The notes: generated by a model from the sequence alone, not told the origin. DNA of 64,000 nucleotides from Octopus vulgaris (GCA_951406725.2 OX597814.1:152334001-152398000); one strand, 5' to 3'. Shown: positions 1 to 14,333, counted from the stretch's first letter. Numbers and translations are program-made.

Positions 1-137
1 GCGACCAGCCGCGTATTTGATGAGGGAAACTATCGAAAATACGATGAATACTCCAACTTTGGAGCCACAACTATCAGCCTTGTTAAATAACTGGTTAATC
101 TTCAGATGAATTAACTGAAGGAGCCTTTTATTTACGA

Positions 138-531
138 CTAGCAGTATCGCCCGGCGTTGCTCGGATTGTAAGGGAAATAACTATATAAGCATTTTTAGAG
201 AGTTATAGCCAAAAAATAGCAAAAAAAATGCATTAAAAATTGAAAAAAAATTAAGGTAAATTTTTTTTAAATCGTTGACACATCGTAGATATTTTTAGAG
301 AGTTACTTCCCTTATATAAAAGCGAAAAAAATGCATTAAAATGGAAAAATATGATGGTAATTTTTTTTAAATCGTAGACTCATCGTAGACGCGCGCTAAT
401 ACCCAGAAGGGCTCGATATGAATCACGACTATAAGATACCCGCTTTTGGTTAAACTGCACCGCAAAATGTGGGAGTAATTACGAATGTAAATCGAAGGGG
501 ACAGACACACAACTTCACTCTTATATAAAGA
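138..531 (-). mobile_element. Non-autonomous Helitron
   Basis: Minus strand starts TC (A|TCTTTATATAAG) and ends with a GC-rich imperfect hairpin (CCGAGCAACGCCGGG) then CTAG|T. Inserted in an AT dinucleotide with no TSD. Confidence 0.8.
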
Positions 532-534
532 TGC

Positions 535-860
535 TTTTTTTTTTCAGTCATAGAGTTAGATTTATGAAGGTCTTCAGTAGAAAATCCTTCGAATTCTGAC
601 TCGCTGCTTGATATAATGAAATTCGTATCCATTTTTTGTCAGAATTACAAATTTTGAAAACACAATAGGAACAAATTTCGGAAAAAAATCTCCCATAATT
701 CACGGAATTAAAATTACACTTCGATTTTTGTACAAAACTGTATTTGAAGTGTTTACGAAGTATAATACGTGTTTTCACGAATGTACTAAAGAGATTTACT
801 CTGATATTCTCATTTAAATATGAATAGGTAAATTCGGGCGGTTTGGTAACGAAAGGGTTT
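535..860 (-). mobile_element. piggyBac-like DNA transposon 5' remnant
   Basis: Minus strand reads TAAA|CCCTTTCGTTACCAAACCGCCCGAA (CCC terminus beside a degenerate TTAA), followed by an acidic peptide MDTNFIISSSESEFEGFSTEDL. Confidence 0.45.
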
Positions 861-1368
861 ATATAAGTGTCGTCTGTTTATACATAAACACTGTTTCATA
901 GTTTCAGTTTAGTCTTCCTCAAATCACTGTCGCTAATTTACTCTCTTCCAAGAACATTTTCACTCACTGTTATCTGTTAGCTTCCCATACATTTTACTCA
1001 TGTATCTATCAGCGTGATAGACAGAAACAAATATTACATTTACTTTCATTTTATTCGTTGCCCACTGTGTGTGTGCGTTTGCGTGTGGTGTAAACCAGAC
1101 TAAGAAAAGCATTTGACACACACACCAGAATGTGAGTTTTCTGTAAATTTTGCTTAATTGGAGTTTAAATTTTAAAAACTGGACCTGGCATGACGCGATG
1201 CATTGTACTCTTAAAACTGCTAGGTAAATTGTAATTGAAGAAATCCTATATTGTAGATTTGTATAACTCCCAAAGGGAGGCAGATAAAATCTGCCTTTTA
1301 TAATAAGAGATCGTAGGGACTTTCGACTGAAACTTGAATTTAACATGCGGAGAGCTACTACAAACAAC

Positions 1369-3235
1369 ATGGCTGGACACATCAACAACAACACAATCGA
1401 GGAATAGAACGAAAACAACAGCTCAACAGGTAAACAAATACTTTCTAGCTGTAGTTATAGAAAAAGCCGTAACTACAAAATTCATTTCTCTTGGAGTTAT
1501 GAATTGAATAATGATATATTTAAATGCTACGAAAAACCGAAACAAAACCCCGCAGTTAGCTATATGAAACGACTGAAATCATATTGGGACGATCTGCATT
1601 CAGAATTAAATCATTTTACTGCGAAGCAACTACGCCAATAAGCAACATTTGTAGAACACAGAACAAAAGGTTAGTAACTGTAACTTTATTAAGAAATTGA
1701 AAATTAACCTTTTTTCCAACTCTATAAACAAAAATGAAACATGAATGATATAAAACCACCACATGGTTTCGCAGCTAGTGACATTCCAACAGATTCCATA
1801 GTACCTGCCAGCCAAACGACATTACTGGCCCAAATAACTGACCACTGTCCCCCTACTACGACTATGGCAAATAGTAGGCACAACCGCAACGATTATTGTA
1901 GTAGAAGTAGTGGTAGTCAGGATTATATGCCGGTGAAATGTGCCCTTACTGAAATTTTCCGAGAAAAAATAACTTTGACTTTGAAGGAGTCTCTCGAGGA
2001 GAGAGTATTCTCTACCAAAGTAAGTAAAAAACCACCAGATAAGGTATTAAAAACTATTAATGAAATTGGTGATTAATATTTACAACAGTATGATGAACCC
2101 ACATACTGGCAGATTAACGCCTGTCTATGTTCTCTGGCTACTACTGAAAAACAGTACATGAATGATATTCAAAAAGTAAACAAAACCGAAATAACAAAGT
2201 ACCGTCATGGGTTTTGAAGACAGAGAAAAAGAAAATTGATTTGCGGAAAATTATCAGTCATGTAATGATGCCTATAGCATGCAAACAAGCAAATCATTAT
2301 ACTTCCCAACAACAGAAAGTAAAGAAAGAGATAGAAATGATGTTTGGAGACAGCTAAAAGAGAACACTCACTTGCAAACTGATTACCCTCAAGCAGGAGC
2401 TGTCAGTGAAAAACTCCGACATCAGAAGAGAGTAACCGAGAGAAGAACAATATACAAAAAAATTAACCGCAACCAGGCAGCAGTATACAGAGACATGAGA
2501 GGAGGAGCAGTAGACATCACGGAAGCTCCTCCACGAGAAGACACAGGCTCCTTCTGGAGGAAAATCTGGAGTGAAGAGAAGGAATTTAAATGAAGATGCT
2601 CTGTGGCTGGAAGAAATCCCGAAAAAGTTATTGCTGCTGCATTACATCCAAGACATACAACATTGATGGTGAAAATCTTGCAACTTCGATCCGAAACTCC
2701 AGGAGACTTGATTGTTGGATATTGATACAAGAAGCTAAAATTCTACCCACCATATCTTATTAATCTGTACCAGCAAGCTCTTATTGGGAACTGTAGCATA
2801 CCAAACTGGTTAGCTCTGGCAGAGACAAGATTGATCCCCAAATGCAAAACCACCCACATGGCAGAAAACTGCCGGCTATTTGCATGCCAGAACTTAATGT
2901 ATAAAATATATACACCCTGTTTAAACCTCTTCCCCCAGGACCATTGTGAAACCAATAACATTATCACAACAGAACAAGCAATTGGGAAGAAGGGAGTCTA
3001 GGGATGTGCCGAGCAATTATTAATCAACAAAACTATGAAGTCAGAGGTGCGAGGGCATAGGTGGAACTACAAGAAAGCCTTTGACTCTGTTCCCCATTCA
3101 TGAATGCTAGAAGCCCTTCAACTTGCTAAGGTTCCAGTGAAAATAGTCGAAACCATAGCTGACCTGACTTTATCCTGAGCCACCATCTTGAAATTAAACA
3201 TAAAGAGTGACTGTATTATAACCAATAGAATACAT
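1369..3235 (+). pseudogene. Decayed R4/Dong-like non-LTR retrotransposon (N-terminal region and first half of RT)
   Basis: Broken frames encode FWRKIWSEEKEF, IPNWLALAETRLIPK, ENCRLFACQNLMYKIYT, EQAIGKKGV*GCAEQLLINK and YKKAFDSVPHS*MLEAL, collinear with the intact ORF at 55887-58112. Confidence 0.85.
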
Positions 3236-3664
3236 CATCTTGAAATTAAACACAAAGAGTGGCTGAAACAAATAAAAGGATAAAAGAGTAAAAGAATATA
3301 TCGTGACTTAAAGACACACACAAATTCGTAATATCGTCAGTTCAATTCTTTCACCCGTTGCGGCGTTCTGTCTTTGTGTAAGGTGCTTCCTGTCTGTTTG
3401 CTCTTGTCCAATCAGATGAAAAATGAGCAACAGCTTGTGCTGAATCTCTCTCTCTCTCTCTCTCTCTCTCCCTCCCCCTTTCACAACCTGAATATTTTGA
3501 TGGATGAAGAACTGTAGGATCAAGAAGACGTCTGTGCCTGCTCAAGTCTGCATACACACCTACACCAAAGTCATTCTTACATCTGATTAACGACAACGAT
3601 TTGGATATGCACACATACGCATGTGCGCGCACACACATATTTTCACGCATGCACACACACACTC

Positions 3665-4035
3665 ATACATACATGCATACATACATACAAACATACATAC
3701 ATACATACATGCATACATACATACATACATACATACATACATACATACATACATACATACATACATACATACATACATACATACATACATACATACGTGC
3801 ATGCAAATCTGTCTTGTTGGATGAAAGAATTTTCTTTCTAGGCTAGAAACCGGTTCTTCTCTGCTGGGGTGAAATTCGAAGAATAATACCAAAGAACGAA
3901 CATACATACTTACATACATACGTGCGAACGTATGTATGTATGTATGTATGTATGTATGTATGTATGTATGTATGTATGTATGTATGTATGTATGTATGTA
4001 TGTATGTATGTATGTATGTATGCATGTGTGTATGT
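3665..4035. repeat. (CATA)n and (TATG)n microsatellites
   Basis: Tandem tetranucleotide arrays seen directly. Confidence 0.95.
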
Positions 4036-4399
4036 ATGTATACTTGTACGTATTTATGTATTTATGTTTGTGACCATCTTGAATTCTACGAAGAATCGCA
4101 ATAAATCTCAGATTAGAAAGCACACATTGGCTCGTACGTACGCACCCGCGCATGCACATGCACATATACACACACATGCACACAACACACACACACACGC
4201 ACACTAACATAGACACATACACACACTCACTCACATAAACACGCTCAAACACACGCACACTAAAATAGACACACACACACGCGCGCACTTGTCCGTGTTT
4301 CCATGGCAGTGCTGGTTTATTTCGTTAGATCAAGTGTTTTACAGCTGGACGCTTTTCGCACAACTAACCACTCGACTGTGAAGAAGAGAAGTACATTTT

Positions 4400-5252
<853 letters not shown>

Positions 5253-5669
5253 CAAGATAAACCCGAGAAAGTAGATTTAAATGCCTTAATAGTTATACAG
5301 TAAGGTTAGAACTTACTGCCGTGTTATCAGTAACCCAGCACATTAACCTCACAAATCTTACATTGGATGGTTTCTAATAGCAAGTTAATGTGATTTAGTA
5401 CTCGTCGTTAGTCAACCGATATAACATACATTCAAAGCAAACGAATAGTTGGAGCATTTCATTCTTTGAATTTAGAATATATTGTTCGTTTAATAGAGCG
5501 AACTTACGGCAAAATTTGTACTATTAACAAATACTTTAAAAAAAATGGCGCTATAAAAATTTTGAACGTTCAGGGCAATATGAGTCACATTTTGTGGTCA
5601 AATCTTGAAAATTTTTTTTAAGAGATCAGCAAATTTAATCCTTTGTTACCTGCTTTCTTAGAATATAAA

Positions 5670-5780
<111 letters not shown>

Positions 5781-5902
5781 CATAGTGATACTGCAACTAT
5801 TCAGAACAGCCAATTTTTACCTGAATGCATGACTTTCCTCAAAACAATTATCTTTATGATATCTGTCATACTGCGTGATATTTAAGATGGACAATTTTTT
5901 TT

Positions 5903-6410
5903 ACTCTCTTTGTTGTAGTCCATGTTTCACTACCATACAACATTGCAGGTAGAACTGTACTTTTGATGAGGTTGGCGCGAGTGGTCCTGTCCAATCTTCC
6001 CTTGAGCACATCCTTTATACCATTAAACGCCTTCCATTCCGGAACAGAGATTGCTAACGGCTCAAAGAGTCATGGAGAGGTCAATGCTTGGAATCTCGTT
6101 GAGAAAGCACATCAGTAGCGAGGTCATCAGAGAGAAGTCCGGCGTGAGGGATGTCATCGCAGAGTATACACGCAGCAAGTTTAGATGGACTGGACACGTC
6201 GCCCGGCTCACCGCAGTTGTCGAGTGGTACCCGCGCGAGCGGAAACGACCACTCGGAAGGCCTCTACGACGGTGCTATTACGATTTCAGGAGGGCAATTG
6301 GGATCACGTGGATAAGAAAGGCGCGATCCAGAGAGAAGTGGACAGTGTACTGTTACCAACAGTGTCAACTGGACGCCCAACGGACTGGTCGGTCAAGGTG
6401 ATCAAGGTGA
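5903..6410 (+). mobile_element. 5'-truncated RTE-clade LINE with inverted 5' segment
   Basis: 6042-6401(+) encodes EQRLLTAQRVMERSMLGISL...RWTGHVAR...KRPLGRP and ends in a (TCAAGGTGA)x2 tail. 5903-6041(-) encodes WKAFNGIKDVL...STVLPAMLYGSETWTTTK. Confidence 0.85.
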
Positions 6411-6518
6411 CATTCTTTTTTAACTTCTTGAAGACATGATGAATAGCTGTATATATGTATAGATATGTGTGTGCGTGCGTGTGCATGTGTGTGTGAATGT
6501 GCGTGTGTGTGTGTGTGT

Positions 6519-6550
<32 letters not shown>

Positions 6551-6915
6551 ATGAGTATAACAATGAGAAAGGATCAGATAATCTAGGTGTATAACTGAGG
6601 CTGCACTCACGTGAGCTGCGACTGTCTGTAATTCTATGAAGGAGAATTTCCCTTACGGAAAAAGGTTTCAAACAAAACAAAAAATCCGAAAGGTTTAAGA
6701 CCATCGTGGAGTATTAAGAATAAGTAAAGAATAAAGTAGCTGGCATTACATTTAATCCATGGTTTACAATTGTCTCAAAAACTTGCAGCAGAAAAATCAA
6801 ACGTCATGGATATTGACATGGATGAGAACAATGGTACTGTTATTACTATGTAATGTATATTACATAATAGGCACTGCAATCATAACCTAACGAACGCATA
6901 AAATATATAAATAGA

Positions 6916-7381
6916 CTAGCTATTTTGACCCGTGCTTCGCTCGGGTTTTAGTGGTGGTGGTATTTTGTGCGTGTTGTCTCCTTTTCCCTTTCTTCTTTTG
7001 TTCGACTTCTTTGTCTGGTTCTTTTTATTGCCCTCTTCTTTACTCCCCTTTCCAAAATCCCCTAAACTTTTACACCCACAATTAAAGATAACCGCCTCTA
7101 GCCCCTGCAGCAACACGAAAAGCCACCATTATTCAAACAGCGCAACCTGTCTATCCAATAAAACTCAATTTTTACCATATTCCTCACCATGGCAACCAAA
7201 TGGTAGCCCCGAGCGACTTGCATCCCTCCTCACACCATTGCCCACGCCATTTCACCCCCAGGGTAAATTTTGGCGCTAATCCGATCCCATCTACCGCCCC
7301 TTAAACCGTTCCCATCCCAAAATGAGACAAATAACCAAGAAATCAAAGAAATTTTTCGCAGTTCAGCTTTATATATATTGA
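6916..7381 (-). mobile_element. Non-autonomous Helitron
   Basis: Minus strand A|TCAATATATATAAAG ... hairpin ACCCGAGCGAAGCACGGGT ... CTAG|T. Confidence 0.8.
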
Positions 7382-7754
7382 TTGATTTCACTTAAATAGG
7401 AACGATTTGGCGTTGAATTCAAGAAAGTAAATAGATAAGTCAAACCTATCTTTGGACTCCATGTATCTTCAGAGATTGCTTCCATATTCTTCCGTGTGTA
7501 TATACATATACAACACGGGAGATAGAGTCTAACAATTTGGTTTTATAACAGTGTGGTGCTTGGCTCTTATCCACATGCATCGTTGTGACAATTATTGCCT
7601 TTGCCAAGAGTACAAGATGTTTTATTTGCTCAAAAAGATCTGATCGGCCATCCTCCTCCATAACTGAAAGATTGTCATTTGTGCGTTGAATATTTGAAAA
7701 GAAATATTCCAAGGACACGATCATTTTTCTGTTTATGATGGCACTAAATTCACT

Positions 7755-8083
7755 GCGCATGGCTCAGTGGTTAGAGCGTCGAGCTTACTATCGTGAGGTT
7801 GTGAGTTCGAATCCCGGTCCGGGCTGCGTGTTGTGTTCTTGAGCAAGACACTTTATTTCACGTTGCTCCAGTTCACTCAGCTGTAGAAATGAGTTACGAC
7901 GTCACAGGTACCTAGCTGTATCTTCTGTTGCCTTTCCCTTGGATAACACTGGTGGCGTGGAGAGGGGAGGCCGGTATGCATGGGCAACTGCTGGTCTTCC
8001 GTAAACTACCTTGGCCGGACTTGTGCCTGGGAGGGTAACTTTCTAAGTGCAATCCCACGGACAGACATGACCGAAGTGGGTCT
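7755..8083 (+). mobile_element. tRNA-derived SINE, local family C
   Basis: A box TGGCTCAGTGG, B box GAGTTCGAATC, body TTCTTGAGCAAGACACTTTATTTCACGTTGCTCCAG. Homologous copies at 11177-11430(+) and 28415-28722(-). Confidence 0.9.
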
Positions 8084-8739
8084 CAGAGACATATAAATCC
8101 GTTACTTATATTCTAGGTTCTGCAACAGAAACAAACTGATATAACCTATAGGATAATATTTACAATACTGCGAAGCAGTGAGACTTCATAACCTTTTAAA
8201 ATTATTCAGCTGGTATAAGGATGGAATTTAGTCGAAAGAAATGTTCATAAGTTTATATGCATCAATGTGTGTGTGTGTGAGTGTGTGTGTGTGTGTGCGC
8301 GTGTGCGTGTGTGGTTCAGGATAACTACAGAATGCGGCCAATGCTAACGCTCTAAATTTTTATGGCACCATTGTGTGTGTGTGTGTGTGTGTGTGCAGAG
8401 AGAAAGAGAGAGAGTGTGTGTGCAAGAGAAAGAGGGGAGACATTGCTTCTCAAGTGTGTTAATTTTATCTAATCTGTAACATATGTAAGCCTACGGACAA
8501 GACATATGTAAAATACACACGCACGCGCACACGCAAACGCACATACCCACATACACATGTGAGTGTGTATACGCGTATGTGTGTATGCGTATATTCCTGT
8601 ATTGTGTGTGTAAGCAAGCGTGCATATATGTAAATATTCTCAGAAGGCGTCCAGTGACCATAAGCAAACGTATGTTTGACACCAAATGTTTCATTATCTC
8701 TTTTTTGACCTCACTCCACCAGTTCACGTTTTATCAAAA

Positions 8740-8796
<57 letters not shown>

Positions 8797-8840
8797 CATT
8801 ACCATTATCATTATTATTATCATTATTATTGTTATTATTG

Positions 8841-8907
<67 letters not shown>

Positions 8908-8927
8908 CATTATTATTGTTATTATTG

Positions 8928-8995
<68 letters not shown>

Positions 8996-9010
8996 GTTGT
9001 TGTTGTTGTC
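8740..9010. repeat. (ATT)n microsatellite with an internally duplicated variant block
   Basis: The variant pattern CATTATTATTGTTATTATTGTTATCATTATCAT occurs twice. Confidence 0.95.
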
Positions 9011-9707
9011 GTTATCTCTCTGTAGTTGTTATCTTTAACATCACTAGAGATTTACGCTTCAAACCACCATAACGTTTCCCACTGATAACTGAAATCGTTT
9101 GGACGACCTGAGTAAAATTTGATTTTTTTTTTTTCCTCATTACAAACGAACTATTTGTGTAATGACTTCGGATATATTTGTTATTAATCAAAAGATGTTA
9201 TGTTGCTAATCTTAAATCAGTCTATCGGAAAATTAACTCATCTGTGTCATGTCTAATATGGGTGAAATGATTAAAAGTATAATATAAAATAAAACGAAAT
9301 GCTGAACTTAGTCACCGATCGTTCTGTTCCCCCTTGAGTACATTTTAACTGACAAAATATTGATTTCTAGAGTATATGATGTTAAATCAGGTATATTAGC
9401 AGCAGTACAGTTGCAATCTCTTCGTACCCCACTCTCTCTCTCTCTCTCTCTCTCTCTTTCCTTCTCTCTTCCTCCCTCTATCTCTCTATCTCTATATTTC
9501 TCAGTGTACATATAGATTCACATACACTCATTCTTACAAACACTCAGCCCTAAAGATATTTACAATAAACAGTAGGAATCAGAATCTACGGAGCATCGAA
9601 CGCAATACCATGTGGTAATAATTCACTGCTTCTTTGACAATATTCTAAGTTCAAATTCTGATCAGACAGGTTTTACTTTTTACCCTTTCAATATATTTGA
9701 CCGATAA

Positions 9708-9920
9708 GGTGACGAACTGGCAGAAACGTTAGCACACCAGGCGACGTGCTTAGCTGTATTTCGTCTGTCTTTATGTTCTGAGTTCAAATTCCGCCGAGGT
9801 CGACTTTGCCTTTCATCCTTTCGGGGCCGATAAATTAAGTAACAGTTGCGTACTGGGATCGATCTAATTAACTGGCCCCTCCCCAAAACTTTCGGGCCTT
9901 CTGCCTAGAATAGAAAAGAA
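9708..9920 (+). mobile_element. tRNA-derived SINE, local family A (Meta-domain-like)
   Basis: A/B boxes (CTGGCAGAAACG, GAGTTCAAATT), central GTCGACTTTGCCTTTCATCCTTTCGGGG, and a 15-bp TSD ATATATTTGACCGAT. Confidence 0.9.
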
Positions 9921-10086
9921 TATATTTGACCGATTTTCCATTAGTGAAATACCTAAGTTAGTATATTTGTCTGTTCTTACTGTAGTTTTAAGTAAAGCGT
10001 TAAGTTATGAATAAATAAAAATGCAATTACGTCCATATATCTTTAATGCCAAAGTGAAATTTGGCCCTTTCATCAAAATACATTAG

Positions 10087-10186
10087 NNNNNNNNNNNNNN
10101 NNNNNNNNNNNNNNNNNNNNNNNNNNNNNNNNNNNNNNNNNNNNNNNNNNNNNNNNNNNNNNNNNNNNNNNNNNNNNNNNNNNNNN
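10087..10186. other. Assembly gap (100 N)
   Basis: Run of N. Confidence 1.
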
Positions 10187-10276
10187 TGTCCCGTGTCCGG
10201 GAAACATTTTAATTTAGATATTCGATATACAGTAATGGGCAATTTAGATGCAAACTAGATACAAAAATGAAGAGTC

Positions 10277-10408
10277 GCTTACCAGCCACACGGTTCCGCG
10301 TTCAGTCCCACTCCGTGGCACCGTGGGCAAGTGGCTTTTACTATAGCATCGGACTAACCAAAGCCTTGTGAGTGGATATGGAAGATGGAAACTGAAAGAA
10401 GCCCGTCG

Positions 10409-10460
<52 letters not shown>

Positions 10461-10662
10461 TCTGTGTTTGTCCCCCCAACATCGCTTGACAACCGATGCT
10501 TGTGTGTTTACGTCCCCGTAGCGTAGCGGTTCAGTAAAAGAGCTCGATAGAATAAGTACTAGGCTTACAAAGAATAAGTCCTGGGATCGATTTGCTCGAC
10601 TAAAGGCGGCGCTCCAGCTTGGCCGCAGTCAAATGACAAGCAAATAAAAGAATAAAAGAATA
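10277..10662 (+). mobile_element. tRNA-derived SINE, local family B, with internal (TA)n(TG)n
   Basis: GTTCAGTCCC B box, CORE-like GGCACCGTGGGCAAGT, GAAAGAAGCCCGTCG-(TA)n(TG)n and an A-rich tail. Many copies in the window. Confidence 0.9.
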
Positions 10663-10811
10663 TATGTATGTATACAACAAGGAAAACAAACAGAAAAACG
10701 AACATACAACATAAAGAATATTCCCCTTCTTCAGTTGTGCCTGTTTCAAAAAATTTGCGATTTTTTGCGGACGGTGAAAGTGGTAACAAGAATATATATA
10801 TATATCAAACC

Positions 10812-10943
10812 TAAGACTTATTCTTTGTAAGCCTAGTATTTATTCTATTGGTATCTTTTGCCGAACCGCTAAGTTACGGAGACGTAAACACACCAATATC
10901 GTTTGTCAAACAATGGTAGGGGAGTAACACAGACACACAAACA

Positions 10944-11017
<74 letters not shown>

Positions 11018-11172
11018 CGACGGGCTTCTTTCAGTTTCCGTTTACCAAATCCACTCACAAGGCTTTGGTCGGCTCGAAGCCTTAATAGAAGACACTTGTC
11101 TAAGGTGCAACGCTGAGGAATTGAACTCAGAACAAGGTAATTGGTAAGCAAGCTACTTACCACACAGTCACT
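10812..11172 (-). mobile_element. SINE family B
   Basis: Reverse-complement match to 10277-10662. Confidence 0.9.
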
Positions 11173-11176
11173 GTAT

Positions 11177-11430
11177 ATGTTGCTCCAGTTCACTCAGCTG
11201 TAGAAATGAATAGGGACTTCACTAGTGCCAAGCTATGTCAGCCTTTGTCTTTCCTTTGGATGACATCAGTTGCATGGAAAGGGGAGACTGGAATGCGTGG
11301 GCAACTGCTGTTCTTTCATAAAAACAACCGTAGGTTGTGCATTTGCCGGTGAGGCGACTTTCCGTCGAGACTTGTACCCCGGAAGGAAACCTCTAAGGTG
11401 CACCCATGGTCATTCGTGACCGACGGAGTC
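11177..11430 (+). mobile_element. SINE family C, 5'-truncated
   Basis: Matches 7862-8083. Confidence 0.85.
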
Positions 11431-11433
11431 GAG

Positions 11434-11468
<35 letters not shown>

Positions 11469-11624
11469 TTGGTGTTTCAATTTTGCCACAAAGAAACGCA
11501 ACATGATATCAATACATTATTTAACTATCGATTTAGTACCAGGCTGCGAGTGACACCGTTACATACTTTGATATCCTGCTGTGCCTCTCCAGCATTAAAA
11601 TATATGTGTGTATGTATGTATATA

Positions 11625-11659
<35 letters not shown>

Positions 11660-11964
11660 TATGCATGTATGATAATAATATACTTTTTAATATGCAAATA
11701 ATATTACAATGACAATGAGGTTATACTAGGAAGCTAATTAACTTTTTACTGATTCATACATTAAATATGTTACCCACTAATTTAGCTACTAGTCTATTCA
11801 TGCAGATGGCGTCTCTGGGATTTTTGTAGTTTAAAACGCTTCTAAATTCCGAGGCCTACGATTTTCGATATTATTCATTGAATTAATGATATTCGCAATT
11901 AGTGAGTTTCAGCATATTCGATGGGGCTTATATTTTATTGATCGGCGTATTATAATAACAAAAC

Positions 11965-12250
11965 TGAAAAGGCTTAGTGATTAGGGTATTTGGCTCCGGT
12001 TCATTAGGTCGAGAGTTCAATACCCGGTCGTGTGTTGTGTCCTTCAGCAAGGCGATTTATTAAACGTTGCTCCAGTCCACTCAGCTGGCATAAATGAATA
12101 CTATCTATATTTCGAAAAGCTAGCCTTGTCACATTGTGTCACGCTGAATCTCCCTGGGAACAACATTAAAAGTAGGCTCAGCCACTTGCATGTCAAACAA
12201 GCAGGCTGTTCCGCTGATCGAATCAAATGGAACTCTGATTGCCGGAACTG
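11965..12250 (+). mobile_element. tRNA-derived SINE with family C-like centre and a different tail
   Basis: A/B boxes and GTTGCTCCAGTCCACTCAGCTG. The tail recurs reversed at 26487-26655. Confidence 0.75.
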
Positions 12251-12311
12251 AAAGAGTAATAGTTCTGAATAGTGAAATACTTCCGGAGTTATCTCCCGCA
12301 CTTACCAAAAT

Positions 12312-12488
12312 AATTCTTTCTACTATAGGCACAAGGCCTGAAATTTTGGGGAAGGGGGGCCAGTCGCAACTGGTACTTAATGAAAGGTAAAGTCGACCTC
12401 GGCGGAATTTGAACTCAGAACACGAAGACAGACGAAATGTAGGTAAGCATTTCGCCCACAGTGAAAACGATTCCGCCAGCTCGCCGCT
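12312..12488 (-). mobile_element. SINE family A (internally deleted)
   Basis: AAAGTCGACCTCGGCGGAATTTGAACTCAGAA...GCCAGCTCGCCG. Confidence 0.85.
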
Positions 12489-12725
12489 CAGTACGTGCTA
12501 CAATAATTCAAATGTAATTAGCCTTTGATTCTTGGCATATTTATTCCTAGTTTGCATTCAATATTCCCTGTATTGAATATGTTAGCACTAACTTGCGTTT
12601 TTTAAAGTATTATCATTCACAGCTGTTCCAACAGTTGCGATACCGCAGTATTATGGAGAATTTTAATCATGCAAATATAGAGTATTAACGCAGTATCCGA
12701 TACATAATGGTGCATTAGTGTCTCG

Positions 12726-12783
<58 letters not shown>

Positions 12784-12807
12784 GTATATAAATATCTGGA
12801 ATAAGAA

Positions 12808-13465
12808 TCTTTATCTTTTATCTCATACTTGCTTCAGTCATTAGATTGCGACCACGCTTGTTTGAGATTTAACCGATCAAATCGACCCGGCGCTTTTATT
12901 TTTTTAAAGTCTGTTGCTTAATTTATCGAACTCTATTGTGGAACTGCTAAACAAACCAATCCCGATTGTCAAACCGGTGGGAGAGGATACAAGAACAAAA
13001 ACACCACCATATATAGGTGCAAGAGTGACTGTGCAGTAAGAAGCTTGCTTACCAACCACATGGTTCGGGTATCAGTCCCAATGAGTGGCACCTTGGGCAA
13101 CTGTCTACTACTATCGCCTCGGACTGACTAAAGCCTTGCGAGTGAATTTGGTAGGCGGAAACTGAAAGAAGCCCGTCGTATTTATGTGTGTATATATATA
13201 CGTGTGTGTGTCTGTGTGTGTGCGTGTGTGTGTGTATGTGTGTCTTCCCCACCATTGCTTGACAGCGGATGTTGGTGTGTTTACGTCCTCGTAACTTAGC
13301 GGTTCGGCAAAAAAAAACATAGAATAAGTACTAAGCTTACAAAAAAGTCCTGATTCGTTCGACTAAAGGCGGTGCTCAAGCACGGCCGTAGTCAAATGGC
13401 TGAAACAAATAAGAGAATAATAGAATATATATAAACATACATACATACATACATACATACATACA

Positions 13466-13498
<33 letters not shown>

Positions 13499-13660
13499 GC
13501 ACAGGGAGCTTCCACACAGTTTCTATTTACAAAATTTCTTTCACAAGGCATTGGTCAGCCCAGGCCTATAGTAGGAGACACTTGCCAAAGGTGCCACGCA
13601 GTGGGACCGAATACAAAACCACGTTGAAGCAAGCGAGCTTCTTAATCACATAACCACACA
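12808..13660. mobile_element. Cluster of family B SINEs: 12808-13000(-), 13014-13427(+), 13500-13660(-)
   Basis: Direct and reverse-complement similarity to 10277-10662. Confidence 0.85.
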
Positions 13661-14333
13661 TTTATCGAGAGATATAAATTAACATTTATCTTTACATAAT
13701 GTACAAGCCCAGACCTGATTTGAACTGATTTATGATCTAAAGGCATTCTACTAAGACCACTCCATAATCATTGCATAAATAGTATATTTAACACCACGTT
13801 ACTCACTGCGTCCTTTTTTTTAAGACGATAAATTTTAATGAACTGGGATGTGATTATTATTTCTAGCGGAGCAACCACGTAGAGGTTTCCTCATTACATA
13901 CAGCTTAAGTGGCCCACTACTGCAACACCTTCACGATTATAGTATCAACTTCTAGTTAATCGATCTCTTAGGAGTGAAAGCAAAATCCACCTCTACGTTG
14001 ACTTGAACATTTTTTTTTTTTTGTTTTTTACTCCTATGAGATCGATAAAACAAGCAGCAGTTGGTGCTGGCATCAATAGATACACATGTAAAAATGCGTA
14101 TGCACATAATATATCAACACAGAATACATAACAGGAAATATGTTAAAGCACTGACTATATAAATATATACGCAAAACACAAACAAAACGCATACACACAC
14201 ACATACACACATGTACAATCTTATTCATAAGTATGCAAATATACATGCATATATGTATGCATATACATACACACATATTTCCGTGTATGTATATACTTAT
14301 ACATACATATATATATATGTGTGTATATATATA

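Noticed and set aside
3330-3600. Unique segment with CCAATCAG and (CT)n, a possible promoter
   Set aside because: A single short motif with no identifiable downstream gene.
7446-7760. 104-aa minus-strand ORF
   Set aside because: The start codon lies in a SINE head. No recognisable motif or splice support.
7755-7826. tRNA-like sequence with A and B boxes
   Set aside because: No proper acceptor stem and it continues into a multi-copy SINE body, so it is a SINE head, not a tRNA gene. The same applies to the other SINE heads.
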